DNA of 63,778 bases, counting the filler, from Reclinomonas americana ATCC 50394 (Eukaryota), in assembly GCA_048213135.1 (NCBI GenBank). It is 10 parts of 10 records of this genome, joined end to end, with 100 filler letters (N's around TTAATTAATTAA, not from the genome) between each part and the next. Parts side by side here need not be neighbours in the genome. Positions count along the whole stretch, not along the records: positions 1 to 3,865 come from AFZH01019560.1; positions 3,966 to 7,791 come from AFZH01019561.1; positions 7,892 to 10,554 come from AFZH01019562.1; positions 10,655 to 23,148 come from AFZH01019563.1; 6 more parts are not named here. One strand, written 5' to 3'. Made by a program: the position numbers and the translations under genes. How positions within the stretch are numbered: position 1 is the first letter of the stretch; each line of letters begins with the position of its first letter. Shown in pieces: positions 1 to 12,798 of this stretch. Under the pieces are notes generated by a model that worked only from the letters and a program-made list of their open reading frames with translations, did not search any database and had not been told where the DNA came from.

Positions 1-2126
1 AATATCCACTGGCGAATGAATCGGTCAAACACAGCGCAACGAGTTAGCCGCTCCGTCGTGCCGCTTGCCACCAGCTGCGGCAGAACTCGCAGCACAGCCG
101 ACAGCATGAATGGATTCGTTATCAGAGTTTGGACTCCGTGCACGGCACTCAGTGCTCGTCTGTACTCGTCAACTGATAGCCAGCCCGTCGACATGTCCCG
201 CTGGTACGCGACAAAGTGGCAAAGGTATTCATCAATCTGGGCTTCGTTGAATGGCTCCACCGCGCGTTCCACCAACGATCGCAGGTCCGCCTGCCCGCTG
301 TCGTTCGTGGGAACAAAGAATCGACTGTAGTCGCCGCCACCCGAGCCCATGCCAGTTGCGTAATCCGAACGACATGTCACAATAACCTTCACATCAGTGC
401 ATCCTCTGAGCTGTTCGTGCACATCAATCAGTAATGCACAGACCACACGAGAAAATAGAAGCGAGGGAGAAAGAGGCTAACCTGTGCTGTGTCTAAAAGA
501 TTGATCTCACTGTACAGTTCATCATACCCATCCAACAGCAACAACATCGGCATCTGCTTGACGCGCTGCACAGCGGCCCGTGGCCACGTCGACGGTAGGA
601 CCTCCTCAAACATGCAGTGCTCTACGTTGCGCAGCGCCGACAAGGGCACACGCACGGGCAGCCGCTGACTGCGTCCTTCTCGCCACGCTCGCCATGCGTA
701 GTCCGCCATGACCGTTATCGACGTTGTCTTGCCAGCTCCGCTATTGCCGGTGAAGAGCAACACGCGTGCACAGTTGTCGTCGGCAACAAATGCATCGACC
801 TCAGATAGCAGATCGTGCGGCACGCCGTCAACAATCGTCAGCAGCGGCACGTACATTTGCAGTGCGGTGCGCAAGCTTTCATCATCGCGAAACGCCGACG
901 ATTCGCGCTCACTGTAGCTTTCAAGCAATGCGGCAAATTCCGCATCCGTCAAGCCAACCCGTCCTACGAGAGTAGGCATTTAGATAGAGATTGGACCCAG
1001 CGGATGCAGATATCGATGTGGATCATCGCGAGGAACTTACTTGTGCGAACGTTTTCCAGCAAGGCGCGAAAGCGGGCGAGCGGCGCATCGCCAAGTTGAA
1101 GTGCGGATATGGCCACGACCAGACGCCCCTCGCCAGTACCATCGCCAAGCAGACCGGTGACCTCACCGGCAGTGGCGACAGGTTGATCACGGTGACCAAT
1201 GAGAGCGTGGCGAATGTCACGCAGCATCTTCACCGCCCGCCGCTGCACAGGTCATGAGAGGTGCGTCACACAGTCCAGACACGCGCAACAAAAAAACTGA
1301 CCTCTTCATCTGAGGCGATGAGAAAATGACAGCTCTTGTCAGCCTCTACGATCCCGCCGTACATCAGCATCGCGCAAAGTGCCGCCAAGTCGAACTGCGG
1401 GCACGGCGGATCGCAAGAGGTATTCGCATCAAAGGCTGCCTTCCAGGCGAGCACGTGAGCTCGCTGCTCGCTGTGCTGCAAACACACACGTTTGCCGCCG
1501 GGTTTGTAACTGCGACAAGAGAAAAGAACAACATGAGTATAAAAAGGAGATGGAATGACCACCACACCACAAACCGCGCAGGAGTCCCTCGGGCATTCGT
1601 GCAGCACCACGCTTCATCGACGCGCATGCTTGGATGAAGGCGGCAGAACGCAGGCAACGCCGTGCGAAGTCGCGCCGCCAGTGCGTCTCTGGCAACCCCC
1701 ATGGCAGCTTGTATCAGCATGTAGTTGATCTCTCTACTCGCACACATTGAACAGATGAGATGCACTCCTCTCTCTCATCGACAACACACACAACTACGCA
1801 CCCGTTGTTTTCCACATCCACTGTCAATGTAGTCTCCGCCGTGATGCCGAGTTCTCGCAGAGTGGATTCATCTGACAATGGCAGTATCATTTCCGATCGC
1901 ACACACACACGTGCATCCGCACTGACTCCCAGCATGCGCATTCCGCGCTGCACCAGGTCGCACAGGCGCGTGTCACCAGTGACGCCGGCCACGGTGGTGC
2001 GTGAAGTGCCGTCTGCCAGGCGAATGTGAATAGAAAAAGACTGCAAGGCGACAGCAACAGCATGTAAGAAAGCGACGTCGACGAGCTATCAGCGAGAGTG
2101 TGCACACGAGGAGAGTTGCGCACCAT
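1..2126 (-). CDS. Multi-exon NLR-like protein: ubiquitin-like domain + HEPN-like domain + NACHT NTPase (3' end runs off window)
   Basis: ATG-only first exon (2124-2126). Ubl-like exon (SFSIHIRLADG...LSDESTLRELGITAETTLTV), then FDLAALCAML...LRDIRHALIGH. Walker A GNSGAGKT, Walker B LLLLDGYDE, and a last visible exon with VKVIVTCRSDY...PFNEAQIDEYL...NPFML. GT-AG introns join these in frame. Confidence 0.8.
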
Positions 2127-2685
2127 AGAGTGAGGTGGAGAGTGTTATCACGCCGCGGTGTTGGAAAATTTCGAAATCTGGTATCGACCAAAAGGTGCGT
2201 TGGTTTGTCGACCGCGTCTGACAACAGCACTCACGCCAGTGGACAACACTGAAAACGTGTCGACTTGCAGCGGGAACACCGAGTATCAGCCTCATGTGGT
2301 CAAGGCAAGATGAAACAAAACAAAGTTTGGCTCGCGATATCGTCGGACTACTGTCAGGTCTGCAAGACTGACAAATGAAGCTTGTTGATGATGGTGCTGC
2401 ACAGGTTATCACATCGAAACGCGCAGCTGCCTTCTGCACACTGGTGATCATATCGGGATCGCCCCAAAACGGCAGCGGTACCGCTCTCATCTGCAGTTTA
2501 TCCTCGTCGCAGTTTGGCCTCTCTCGTATGCATCGACTATTCTCGAAATCCTGTCCTCACTTGTAAATAAGTGGTTGTTCTCCCCTCTCTTTTCCTTCAT
2601 ATCTCCAGCCTGTACATTAACGCTCAGTTCGCTCAAACAACATCCCACCCACCAACTCACTCACCCGCTCCTCCTCCTCCTTCCT

Positions 2686-3769
2686 TCATCTCGGTGTCAA
2701 TCGACCACGCGACGACGACCGAGCAGGCGCCGGTCCGCCGGGCGGCGTCGGCGAGATTCCACCACCACCGATACTGGCACGCGATGCATCGCGAGTGAGT
2801 GGCGGACTGAGTGCCGCAACAGCCGTCGCCGCAGTTGTCGCGTTGATGTTGCCGCGTCGGGTGGCCGCCGGACCTGGTGAGGTGGATCGAGCGCGCAACT
2901 CACGACCTGTTGCGCCAGTGTCAGTAGACGACCGCACTTCTTTTCCTCGACTGTTGATTGACAAGACGCAACGAATGTTGGCCGCGTGTGCCACGGGGTC
3001 GTTGCGCAGCGACGACGCAATCGTCGGCAAATGTGCTCGCGAGGACGGCGGTGAGAGTGACGCGGGAGCGGCACCAGCGCCAGTGATGCTTCCACGAGCA
3101 GCCGGTGGCTGCTTCATGGCCTCCACACGGTCGCGGTGCGACTGCAACAACGACGTGGACGAGCCGGCCGACGGCATGGGCGGGATCTCCGCGTTGCTCT
3201 CGTGGCGCAGTATCTGTGATAAAATGAGCACAAGTAAAAGGATGGCAGTGCGCGAGAGATGAAGACGCAACTCGACTGAGTCGCGGTGCGCTAATGGACT
3301 GCGGACTGCGACGCAAGTCCGGAGACCGCTCACGCGCCGAGATGGAGCCCGTTGCCGATTCCTGCGAATCACGCACAGCGCCGGCACTGTCGCTCCCTTC
3401 GCCGGCGGCGATGGGCGGCAGAGCCACACGAGACGCCGCGCCCACAATCAGACCACGAGGAGATACCGGAGCGGAGATTGAAACCGGTGCGACGCTGCAC
3501 GATTACGGAGGATGATAAGACGAGATGCTGGTTGCGGACATGACACAGGGGAGCGTTCGCACCGTGGGGCATTCAAGTAGGCCGAGCTGATGGCAGTGCC
3601 GTCTTCCGGCAGCGCACTGTCGACACAGGTGAGTGAGGCGGAAACAAGCAACAGCTGCGGACATGAGTGGACTTGAATCTCACCGCAAGTACTCGGCACG
3701 CTCGCGAACCCCAGACAGGTCTGCCTGCGACCCTTGGCCACTGGCACTAAAATGATCGTCCTGCTTCAT
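2686..3769 (-). CDS. Hypothetical Ser/Pro/Arg-rich low-complexity protein, multi-exon
   Basis: Minus-strand ORF pieces (MKQDDHF..., VGAASRVALPP..., ILRHESNAE...RGRLTPR*) join through GT-AG introns. No recognisable domain; start uncertain. Confidence 0.45.
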
Positions 3770-3865
3770 GGAGCAGAAGTGAAGATTAGCAGCGCCTCGA
3801 CGCAAATCACACATGCAGAGCGAATGACACAGCCACAAATGATGACGCAGACACTTGCGCAGAAG

Positions 3866-3965
3866 NNNNNNNNNNNNNNNNNNNNNNNNNNNNNNNNNNN
3901 NNNNNNNNNTTAATTAATTAANNNNNNNNNNNNNNNNNNNNNNNNNNNNNNNNNNNNNNNNNNNN
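3866..3965. other. Assembly gap spacer (N-run + TTAATTAATTAA + N-run); also at 7792, 10555, 23149, 26054, 41363, 56584, 58920, 61532
   Basis: Same 100-nt layout nine times, with an all-frame stop linker. Artificial. Confidence 0.97.
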
Positions 3966-3999
3966 CAGCTCGCACTCGTTCATTGCTCTCGGATCAGAT

Positions 4000-6900
4000 G
4001 GATTGCTGTTGCGTGTCACGCGGGCACACCCATACGTCTCTTCGCTGCCGCGGCTGCGCTCATGTATTATTCCCCCGTCGCGCAGCATGTCGTGGGTGTG
4101 GGAGAGCGAGGGTCTGGCGCTGGACGACGGGCCAAAGCCGGGCACACATCCGGGGCGGTGGACGCTGAAATCCATGCTGCACTGCGTCAACAATCCCGTC
4201 CTGTGCACGGAGCTGTCGCCGAGTGGGAAGCTGGCGGCCATTGGCACGCAGATTGGCACGGTGCAGATTTTCAATTTGGAGATGGGCGATCTGTATCGCG
4301 AATTCAGCCTGTTCCCGGCACCCGTGCGTGGCATTCAGTGGATCAGCGAGGTGCAGCTGGTGGCCTATGGCGCGAAGGAGTTGCGTGGATAAGCTGTCTG
4401 TTTTCAGGGAACGGTCACTCACTTGCTTGACAGAGCCGACGAGCAAGGCACCTTTCGCAATCATCTCGTGCAACTGAACATTCCCTCCGGCAACGTTACC
4501 CCCATGCGCAAAATGTTCGAGGCCGAGACCACATTTATCCGCGGCATTCGCGTCTCCAACTCTACCCGTCTGCTGGCTCTGTTCTTGCGCAATCGGTTAG
4601 TGTGAGAGGGCAGTTTTCGCGCACGCCAGTTCCACGCCACCCACTCACTCACCGCGGTGCCACTCGCTAGCACCACCGAGCTGTGGAGCCTGGAGGCCAA
4701 CAACCTCATCCGCATGGTTCCGGTGCAGGATGTGACGGCGCTCGAGTGGCACCGCATCTCGGCGGAGTTGCCGGGCATGGAGGCCTCGGTGCCGACGGAC
4801 CAGTTGCATGAGGAGTTTGTGTTTGCCACGGCGGATGGTTTGGGAAGGGGAAGGGGGGAGAAGGGGAAGAGAATGAGAGAGAGAGAGAAGAGGGAGACGG
4901 AGAAAGAGAGAGCGCAGGAGTGAGTGATGAGGAGGATGAGGAGAAGGAAAAAAGAAATGTGGAAGGAAGACTAATATCGAGAGAGAGAGAAAGAAAGGGT
5001 GACCCAGATAGAGGTGGAAAGGAGAAGAAAAGGAGAAGGAGAAGAGTGTGAGGAGAAGGTGAAAGAGAAAGAATGAATGAACGAAAGCAAAGACAGAAAG
5101 AAGAAAGAAAGAAGCGGGATGAAAGTAGAAGGAGAAGGAAAGAAAAACGAGAGAGAATGAGAAGGACAAAAGAGAGAAGGAACAAAAGAGGAAAGAGAGC
5201 GAAAAAGACGAGGACAAGCGAAGAAAGATGAAAAAGAAAGAAAGAAAGAAAGAAAGAAGAAAACAAGAGAACGACAAAGAATGAAAGAAAAGGAGAAGAA
5301 GAGAAGGTCAGAGGAAGGGGAGTGACATTTATGTGAGTTGAGAAAATTCTTGGACGCTGTCTCGCTCTCCCTTTGTGTCTCTGGTGTGCGAGGGAGAGAG
5401 ACCCCACTACACCTCATCTCTTATAACACCCTCTGCGCATCAGGCGGCATTCAAATCTACTATGTCGAGTCGAACAATTTTGGTTTGGTGGAGAAGCCGA
5501 CCTCGTCGTCGACCAACCCCATCACCGCCATTGCGTGGAAGGATGACTACTTTGTGACGGGCGACGCCGTCGGCAACATTGTGTGGCGCAACATTCGCAC
5601 CAAGTCGACGAGGTGAGTGCGGCGAGTTTCATTGGGGGCGACAGACGCGCTTTTCTTTATTCACCCTTCTTCCCGCAGAACGGTCAACACACAAAACGGG
5701 CTCATCAAGAAGCTCAGCTTCCCCGAGGCCTCGCACAGCGGCCTGCTGCTGGTGTTGTTTGCCGAGGGTGACTACGGCGTGTGGGACATTGAGGAGGGAG
5801 TTGCGTGCACGTCCATTCAACTCTTTGTCGCCTCCTCCTCCCCCTCATCCATTCCACCGCAGATGTGCATCAGCCACTCGGCGGAGCGCAAGCGCCGGCT
5901 GCAGGCCGTGGATGTGGAGTGGGCGCCCAGCAACATGCTCTTTATCGGTTCGTGTTCTCCGTCTCCGTCTCTTCCCCACTGGGAAACGCTGACTTGCATT
6001 CCTGTTTCCCTCGTCGCAGCTCTCACCTCCGGCTCGCTGGCCGTATACGACCTCAACCTCATCTGCTGCTCCTGCGCCTTTGACGAGTACCTGTTTGCCG
6101 AGCCGTTGCAGAGCCCGGTGCTGCTCAACAACGACGCCGCCATTATGCTCAAGGCCGTGCTCGACCACTCGCTGCCAAAGGACGCCGTCAACTGGGCACA
6201 GCACCCAAAGACCGCGCATTTCAACTTGGACGGCTTTATCGCCTTTGCGGCCAGCAAGCGCTCTCTCACCGACCGCTACCACAGCAACGCGGTGCAGTTT
6301 GCCGACCGTGAAGGTGCGTGCTCAACGAATGCATATGTGGCGTTGGTGGAGCACATGTATAGCCGCCGCACTAGCTCAATTCGGTAGAGCATCAGACTCT
6401 TAATCTGAGGGTTGGGGGTTCGAGTCCCCCGTGCGGCTATCATGACGCCGTCAGGCGGCTATCTTTTTTCTTTTTTTTTCACTTATTTTGATGGGAAGTG
6501 TGTGTGAGTGCCATCATGACACGTGACGAGAGAGGGAAGAAGGTGGCACAATGGGAGAAAAGAAAAAGAAAAAGAATTGGGAAGAGCGAAATTTCATTTG
6601 GCTGATTTTCCTTTTTTTGGACATGCAGGTATCGAATTCTGGCGCCTCGTCCGCATTCACATGTCGCGCCTGCGCGAGGGTGAGCGGGAGACACCGACCT
6701 CACAGCGGCGGCATCAGCACGCCGGAAACCCGCTGCTGTACTCGCCGACTGCGGCCGTGTACAGCACACCAGAGCGGCAGGCGGGATCGGCCATTGCCGC
6801 GGCAGCTGCGGCCGCTGTCAGCGGTGGATCGTCGGTGGCGGCTGCTGCTGGTCCGGAGGTGTCGTTCCGCAGCGATACACCGCCACTGTCGAGCCCGGCC

Positions 6901-7636
6901 TCGCCAAACAGCTTGCTGGGCGACGAAGACGCTGTGCCGAATCAGCGCATTTTGGAGACCGCTGCCGACGAGTTGCGTGCGAGGGAATGATTGTTGTCGT
7001 CCTTGTTGTCGAGCCACTCGCTCGCTCACGCGTCCTTTGCTGCAGCCGAACCATGGTGCCTCCAGAGCTGTACTACGCCATGGACCAGGAGTCGGTGCTG
7101 CGCAACGAATCGATTCGCGTCGCGCGCCGTCGCAACGCGCTGCCCGTGTCGGCCACGGCGTCGCAGTTTGACGAGCAGATTGCGGGGGTGGCGCTGGAGC
7201 ACATTAATGTGCGCGACACGGAGGGTGCGCTGCGCGTGTTCCTCAGCACGCCCACCGAGAGCCCCGAGTATCGCGTCAATGGACTGCAGGCGTGTCTGGC
7301 GGCGGCCGCCAACTCGCCCGAGCATTTCGGGTATGCCATCAAGTTGGTGGCGCGCAACTTGATCGCCGGCGGCAACCTCAATGGCGGTGTCGACCTGCTG
7401 TGCCTCGTCGGGCGGCACGTCGATGCCGTGCGTTACCTGCAGGTGTACGATCGGTGGGAGGAGGCGGCGAGGTTGGCCAAGGTTGGTCAGGGGGGAATAA
7501 GGGGAAAGGGGGAATTAGGGAAGGGGGGAAAGGGAAAAGGGGAAGGGGAGAAAGGGGAAGGGGAAAATGGGAAGGGGGAGTGGTGGTGGACATTGGCTGC
7601 TGGGTGGAAAGGGGTGGGAGAGAGAAAGATAAGAGA

Positions 7637-7697
<61 letters not shown>

Positions 7698-9049
7698 CGA
7701 CGACGACGACGGTGTCACTAGTTAGTAGTTGGTTGTGTAGAAGAAGTAGGGAGGAGAGAGGAGGAGAGGAGAGGAGGAGGAGAGAAGTAAGNNNNNNNNN
7801 NNNNNNNNNNNNNNNNNNNNNNNNNNNNNNNNNNNTTAATTAATTAANNNNNNNNNNNNNNNNNNNNNNNNNNNNNNNNNNNNNNNNNNNNCTCATTCCT
7901 CGTCCCGTGTGTGCCGTTAGGCGAGGTACGAAGGAGTAGGAAGAAGTAGACGGAAAGCCGAACGACGGGTGTCACATTGATTGGTTGTGTGAGAAATGGA
8001 GGGAGAGAGAGGGAGAGAGGAGAGAGGGAGAGAGAATAAAGTGAGGAATGAAGGATGAAGGAGAGAAAAACAAGGAAGCCGGAAAGTACAACCGACAGCC
8101 AGAAGAGCAAGAGCGAATAAGCGAAGGCAGCGAGAGTACGGTGGCGAGGGGAGAGATGGATGGGGAAAGGTAGGAGGGCGTTGACTCTTTGGGAGAGAAT
8201 GGGTGGGGAAGAAGGAAAGTAGACAGTGAAAGGGTGAAAATGAAGGAAGGGACGAACCAAGAAAGAGAATAAGGTGGACGAGAACGAGAGAGAGCAAGAG
8301 AGAGAGATGAGTCCTCGTGGGTCAGTCAGAGCTTGGTCTTCGCGGTATCTTGTATTCTTCTGTTTCATTTACTCTCCCACGTCATGCAGACATCGCTGCC
8401 ACAAGAATTTTACGAAGACGCCGTGGAGCGCTGGGCTGACATGCTCTCGGATCGGGGCGAACATGATCAGGTGAGCAGGCATCCTACCTGCAAGTCCGTA
8501 TCTGCATTTCTGCGACTGAACCCGCCATGCTTCATGCAGTGGCAAGCCATGTGCCTGTTCCTGAGCATCGGTCAGCTGTCGTCCGTGTTTGACATGCTGT
8601 GCCGGCACCGGCGATTCGATCTGGCCACGCACCTGCTCACGGTGGTGGTCGACAGCGACATTCCACTCAATGGTGTGTTTATTCGCGCAGTGAGGAGTTG
8701 CCTGCTGGCTGCTGACCCCCACTTGTGTGCGCAGAAAATGCACGCCGTATCGCGACGGGCGCCGTGCGCGAGTATCGCACGCGTTTGACGGAGATGCTGC
8801 GCGACAAGGCGGTCGTCGATCTGTGCATGCGACACATTCACACCGTGTGCGGCAACCAGGTCGATCTGACGCGAGCTTTCACACCCGCTGGTGAGAGCGA
8901 GAGAGACAGAAGGGAGTGTGCATTTTTGCTGACAGCCGTGTGATGCAGACATTGGAGTCGACGTTGCGAGTGCTGCCGCCGATGCACCAGCCGCTGCTGC
9001 TGCTGACGGTGACGCAGATGCGGCGGCCGCTGCTGGTGCTGCCTTGTAG
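4000..9049 (+). CDS. WDR11: WD repeat-containing protein 11 homolog (5' truncated by gap; spans gap 7792-7891)
   Basis: Spliced peptide follows WDR11 motifs: LAAIGTQIGTVQIFNL, VRGIQW, TALEW, EEFVFATADG, ITAIAWKDDYFVTGDAVGNI, DVEWAPS, GIEFW, GVDLLCLVGR..DAVRYLQ...WEEAARLAK. Stop TAG at 9047-9049. Confidence 0.88.
6365..6438 (+). tRNA. tRNA-Lys (CTT), inside a WDR11 intron
   Basis: Acceptor stem GCCGCAC/GTGCGGC, D arm TAGCTCAATTCGGTAGAGC, anticodon arm TCAGA-CTCTTAA-TCTGA, T arm GGGGG-TTCGAGT-CCCCC. Downstream oligo-T. Confidence 0.95.
6464..6479 (+). terminator. Pol III oligo-T terminator of tRNA-Lys
   Basis: T6-C-T9 run about 25 nt after the tRNA. Confidence 0.6.
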
Positions 9050-9131
9050 TGTGGGCGTGAATGAAGCAACGAGAGTAGATGAGCGCACCAAAAATACGGA
9101 AAACAATTCACTCTCGGTTTTCTCTTCGCTC

Positions 9132-11180
9132 TCACTTGTCCTTTGTCGACTCGCTGCTCGGTGCGGTCACCACTGGCTGGCAACCACGCTTGACCCACTC
9201 GTCGACTGCATGGTGGGGTGCGAGTGAGTAATGATCTCCTCGAAGCACAGCTGCACGAAAACGCAACAGCAAGCATCGGTGCCGTACAAAATGTCCCAGA
9301 AACCTGCACGCGACACACGTTCAGCAGCGATACACGCAAGCGACAGAAAGATATCACCAGCGTACGCACGAGTGATGCCACCGTAGCTGCCACTGACTCC
9401 CACGTTGCTCGGGCCACTGCGCAAGACTCATAAAAAATCGATGGCGATTCGACCATACCGCGACAGAGAGAAGAGAAACAAACCCGCACGCCGAATGGTG
9501 GAAGTCGTGATGCAGCGTGGGGCGCAGCCACTGCCACGGCGCAAACGGCAGTGCGTAGCCCGAGTGGCCGTCGATGGTCTCCCAGATGCGCTGCATCAAC
9601 GTGGGTGAGATTGGAGACAAAAGACAGACCCCTCCCCTTGGCCAACGAGACGCAACCAGGAACACCCACAGCCCGAATGTGATGCCGTGGCAGCGCACCA
9701 ACATGGCGCCCGTCAGCACTCCCGGTAGGTTGCCGACCACGGTCTCAAACGGATGCGCATACTCGTACGCCTGCGCAATCGGAACATCAGTGTCGGGGCT
9801 TACAAAATGGCGGCCATATACAATACAAGGTCTCCCCGTCAAACCTCCGCGGAGGTCGCCGTAAACTGATGGTGAATCTTGTGCACGTGGCGATAGAACC
9901 ACGGCGTGTGCAGCAGGCGATGCGTGTGGTAGAAGCAAAAGTCCTCGCACAGCAGGCACACAAAGAGGTGCAGCGGAACCTCGGTCAAAAAGTTCGGCAA
10001 CTCCGCCTCCGTCATGCGATCCAGCGCGCCGCACCAGTCGAACAGCGGGGCCACCAGAAGTGGAGTGGCGACCCATTGGGTGATGAACTGCAAAAGGGAG
10101 AGGGTGGGCAAGGAGAGGGAGGTGGAGAGGGGAGGAGGAGAGGAGATGAGAGGGGACAAGGAAAAGAGAAGAAAGAATGGAGACAACGGAGAAGACGCCA
10201 ACAGAAGAAGACAAGCAACGGCAGACAGAGAACAGGAGAACGAGCAGATGTCGGGAATACAGGAGAGATGGAGAAGGAGAGCTGTGGAGATCACAGGATG
10301 CAAGAGACAGAAGACAAGACCGAGTGACGAGACAAAACGTAAAGCAAGGGAATAGGTGCAGAGAGACCATGGGAACCACAGAGAACGCGAGAGAGAGAGA
10401 GAGATGAGAAGGAGGAGAAGGAGGAGAAGGAGGAGAAGGAGGAGAAGGAGGAGAAGGCGGAGGAGGAGAAGAAGGCGGAGGAGGATGAGGAGGAGGAGAA
10501 GGAAGAGAAGGAGGAGAAAGAGGAGAAGGAGTAGAAAGAGGAGAAGGAGGAGAANNNNNNNNNNNNNNNNNNNNNNNNNNNNNNNNNNNNNNNNNNNNTT
10601 AATTAATTAANNNNNNNNNNNNNNNNNNNNNNNNNNNNNNNNNNNNNNNNNNNNAGAGAGAGAGAGAGAGAGAGAGAAGAGAGAGAGAGGAGGATGAGGA
10701 GGAGGAGAAGGAAGAGAAGGAGGAGAAAGAGGAGAAGGAGTAGAAAGAGGAGAAGGAGGAGAAGGAAGAGAAAGAGAAGGAATAGAACAATCACGAAAGA
10801 AGAAAGATGCAGCACTGCATCACTGATTCATTCCCTTTCCACTCTCCTCCTTCGCCCACCACTCACTCCCTCCCACTCCCTCCACACACCTGATTGACAA
10901 ACTGACCCACAAACGCGCTCCGGCGGACTTGGGCGGGCGGATCGGCGCCGACTCCGCGCGGACGCACACAGCGGTACTTTTCAAACCACTTCCAGCGCCG
11001 CCCGGGGAACTCATACACGAGGAACCACAGCGCAGTGCTGAGCATGTGCGGCACAGCAAAGAGCAGTGTGAGAGCCATTGCCGGGCGCCAGCTGGCGTAG
11101 GCGCCGTCGGAGGTGGGCAAGAGAGGGTTGGCGGGGCTGAGGAACCAGGCCCAGGCGGTGGCGAGAAGGGAGGTGGCCAT
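9132..11180 (-). CDS. Fatty-acid hydroxylase/sterol desaturase family, sterol C4-methyl oxidase (ERG25/MSMO1)-like
   Basis: His boxes FYHTHRLLH, HKIHH, AHPFE, ETIDGHSGY, HHDFHH and FWDILYGTD. Six exons; first intron spans the gap at 10555. Confidence 0.88.
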
Positions 11181-11729
11181 GGCGTAATGGGGGGAAGTGG
11201 GGGAGAAAGGGGTTGTCCTCTGAGCTGAAGGAACGAACGTCGCAGTGGTGCAATGCCAAACGCCCACCCTTGCCGACAATGCGAGAGACCACCTGCTGCT
11301 GACCGGTCGGCGATGCTCGATGGGTGGTGGCTTTAGTTCTTTGCTGCATGCACATGTCGCGATCGACGTCGGTCGAAGTTGCGCATCGATATCGATATCG
11401 TGTCAGTTGCAAGTGGTACAGCAGGCCAGGTGGTGTAATTATCACTGCCAAGGGGAGGTGAACAGCGTGAGAATCAGAGCAGCTGTCAACGCGCGATGTA
11501 CTCGTAAACACAGGCATTTCATGATCACTTGCATTAATATTGACGTCGACGTCGACAACAATACACTTTACTAATCCAAACAGCATCACTCTTGCAAAGA
11601 ACAACTTCGCTGTGGTGGTTGAAGCACGCAGTCCCTCCATCTCGGGAGCAGTGTGGCTTCGAATTCGTCCGCTCGAGTCTCGCCAGCATCGTCGACGTCC
11701 GCGGGACAAGTGCAGGCGTTAATTCACGC

Positions 11730-12323
11730 ATGTCGTTCCGCGATCTGCTCGCCGCCATCCGCGCCGGCAACGTAGCTGAGGTTGCCCGGCTGCTCGACGG
11801 ACCACGTGGCGTCGACCCGGCGCAAAACGACAACGCCGCCATTGGTGTGGCCGCCGAATGCTCCAACGCCGCCATTATGCGCATGTTGCTGGAGGCCAGC
11901 CCGCGCGTGGACCCGTCGGCTGACAACGACTTTGCTCTCCGTTTCGCCGCCGCCAATGGCAGTGTGGCGTGCGTGCAGGTGCTGCTGGCCGATGCGCGGG
12001 TGAACCCGGCTGCGGAGCGAAACACGCCGGTGCGATGGGCGGCGCAGAACGGGCATGTGGAGGTGGTGCGTGCGTTGCTGGCCGATGAGAGGGTGGATCC
12101 GACAGACCAGGACAACGATGCGATCAAGAACGCGGTAAGGTACTGTGCGCGACCGCAGGCCATGGTGCGGCTGCTGTTGGATGACCCGCGAGTGCACGAT
12201 TCATGTGAGTAGCAGCACGCAGATAGGAGTGCTGTTGTTCATGATGGTGGTCTTATGTTCATGGATGTGCGTGCAGTGAGCGCGGAGGAGCTGAACCGGA
12301 TCACGGCGGCTGTGAAGAGGTGA
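11730..12323 (+). CDS. Ankyrin repeat protein
   Basis: Repeats such as VDPSADNDFALRFAAANG and VNPAAERNTPVRWAAQNGHVEVVRALLADERVDP. One 3' intron, stop at 12321-12323. Confidence 0.88.
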
Positions 12324-12798
12324 ATTGTGATGCCCAAAATAGGAACATCCAGTCGCGTACAGTGTAGCTCTCGGGTGCGCTTTCTCTCTTCAACATTACT
12401 GTGCGAGACAGAGCTTGCACTGAGATGAGCTGTACAATCGAGGGGCACTGTATTGTTCACCTCACCAGCACTGTGCATGGTGGATGCTGTCCATTCCTCT
12501 CCTTCCCTGCATCTCCTCCGTGAGATGCATTCGGCTACTGCAAGCGCGGAGGCCACGAGTCGACATCGGAGCACTGCATCATGATCCGCGAACACCTTAC
12601 GAACGGTGTCATGCCGTAAGCTGCATCCTGACGCTCTGCGCTGAACCAGAGTTCGCTGGCGATGGTGTTGTCTTCAGGGCGCAACACAGGCTAAAACAGT
12701 GAGCCGCTTCTCGCCAGAGAGTCGCTGCTCACTACTCCATACTCCACCGAGTCTGGAACCCTCTGAGCGCCTCCCTTCGCCGTACGCGTCACGTCACC

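Noticed and set aside
2089..2566. Short ORFs between the NACHT gene and the next gene
   Set aside because: No recognisable motif or consistent splice model.
3909..3921. Recurrent TTAATTAATTAA palindrome
   Set aside because: Always embedded in N-runs; an artificial gap linker.
10481..10765. About 70-nt exact repeat on both sides of the gap at 10555-10654
   Set aside because: Most likely contig-end overlap in a low-complexity tract.
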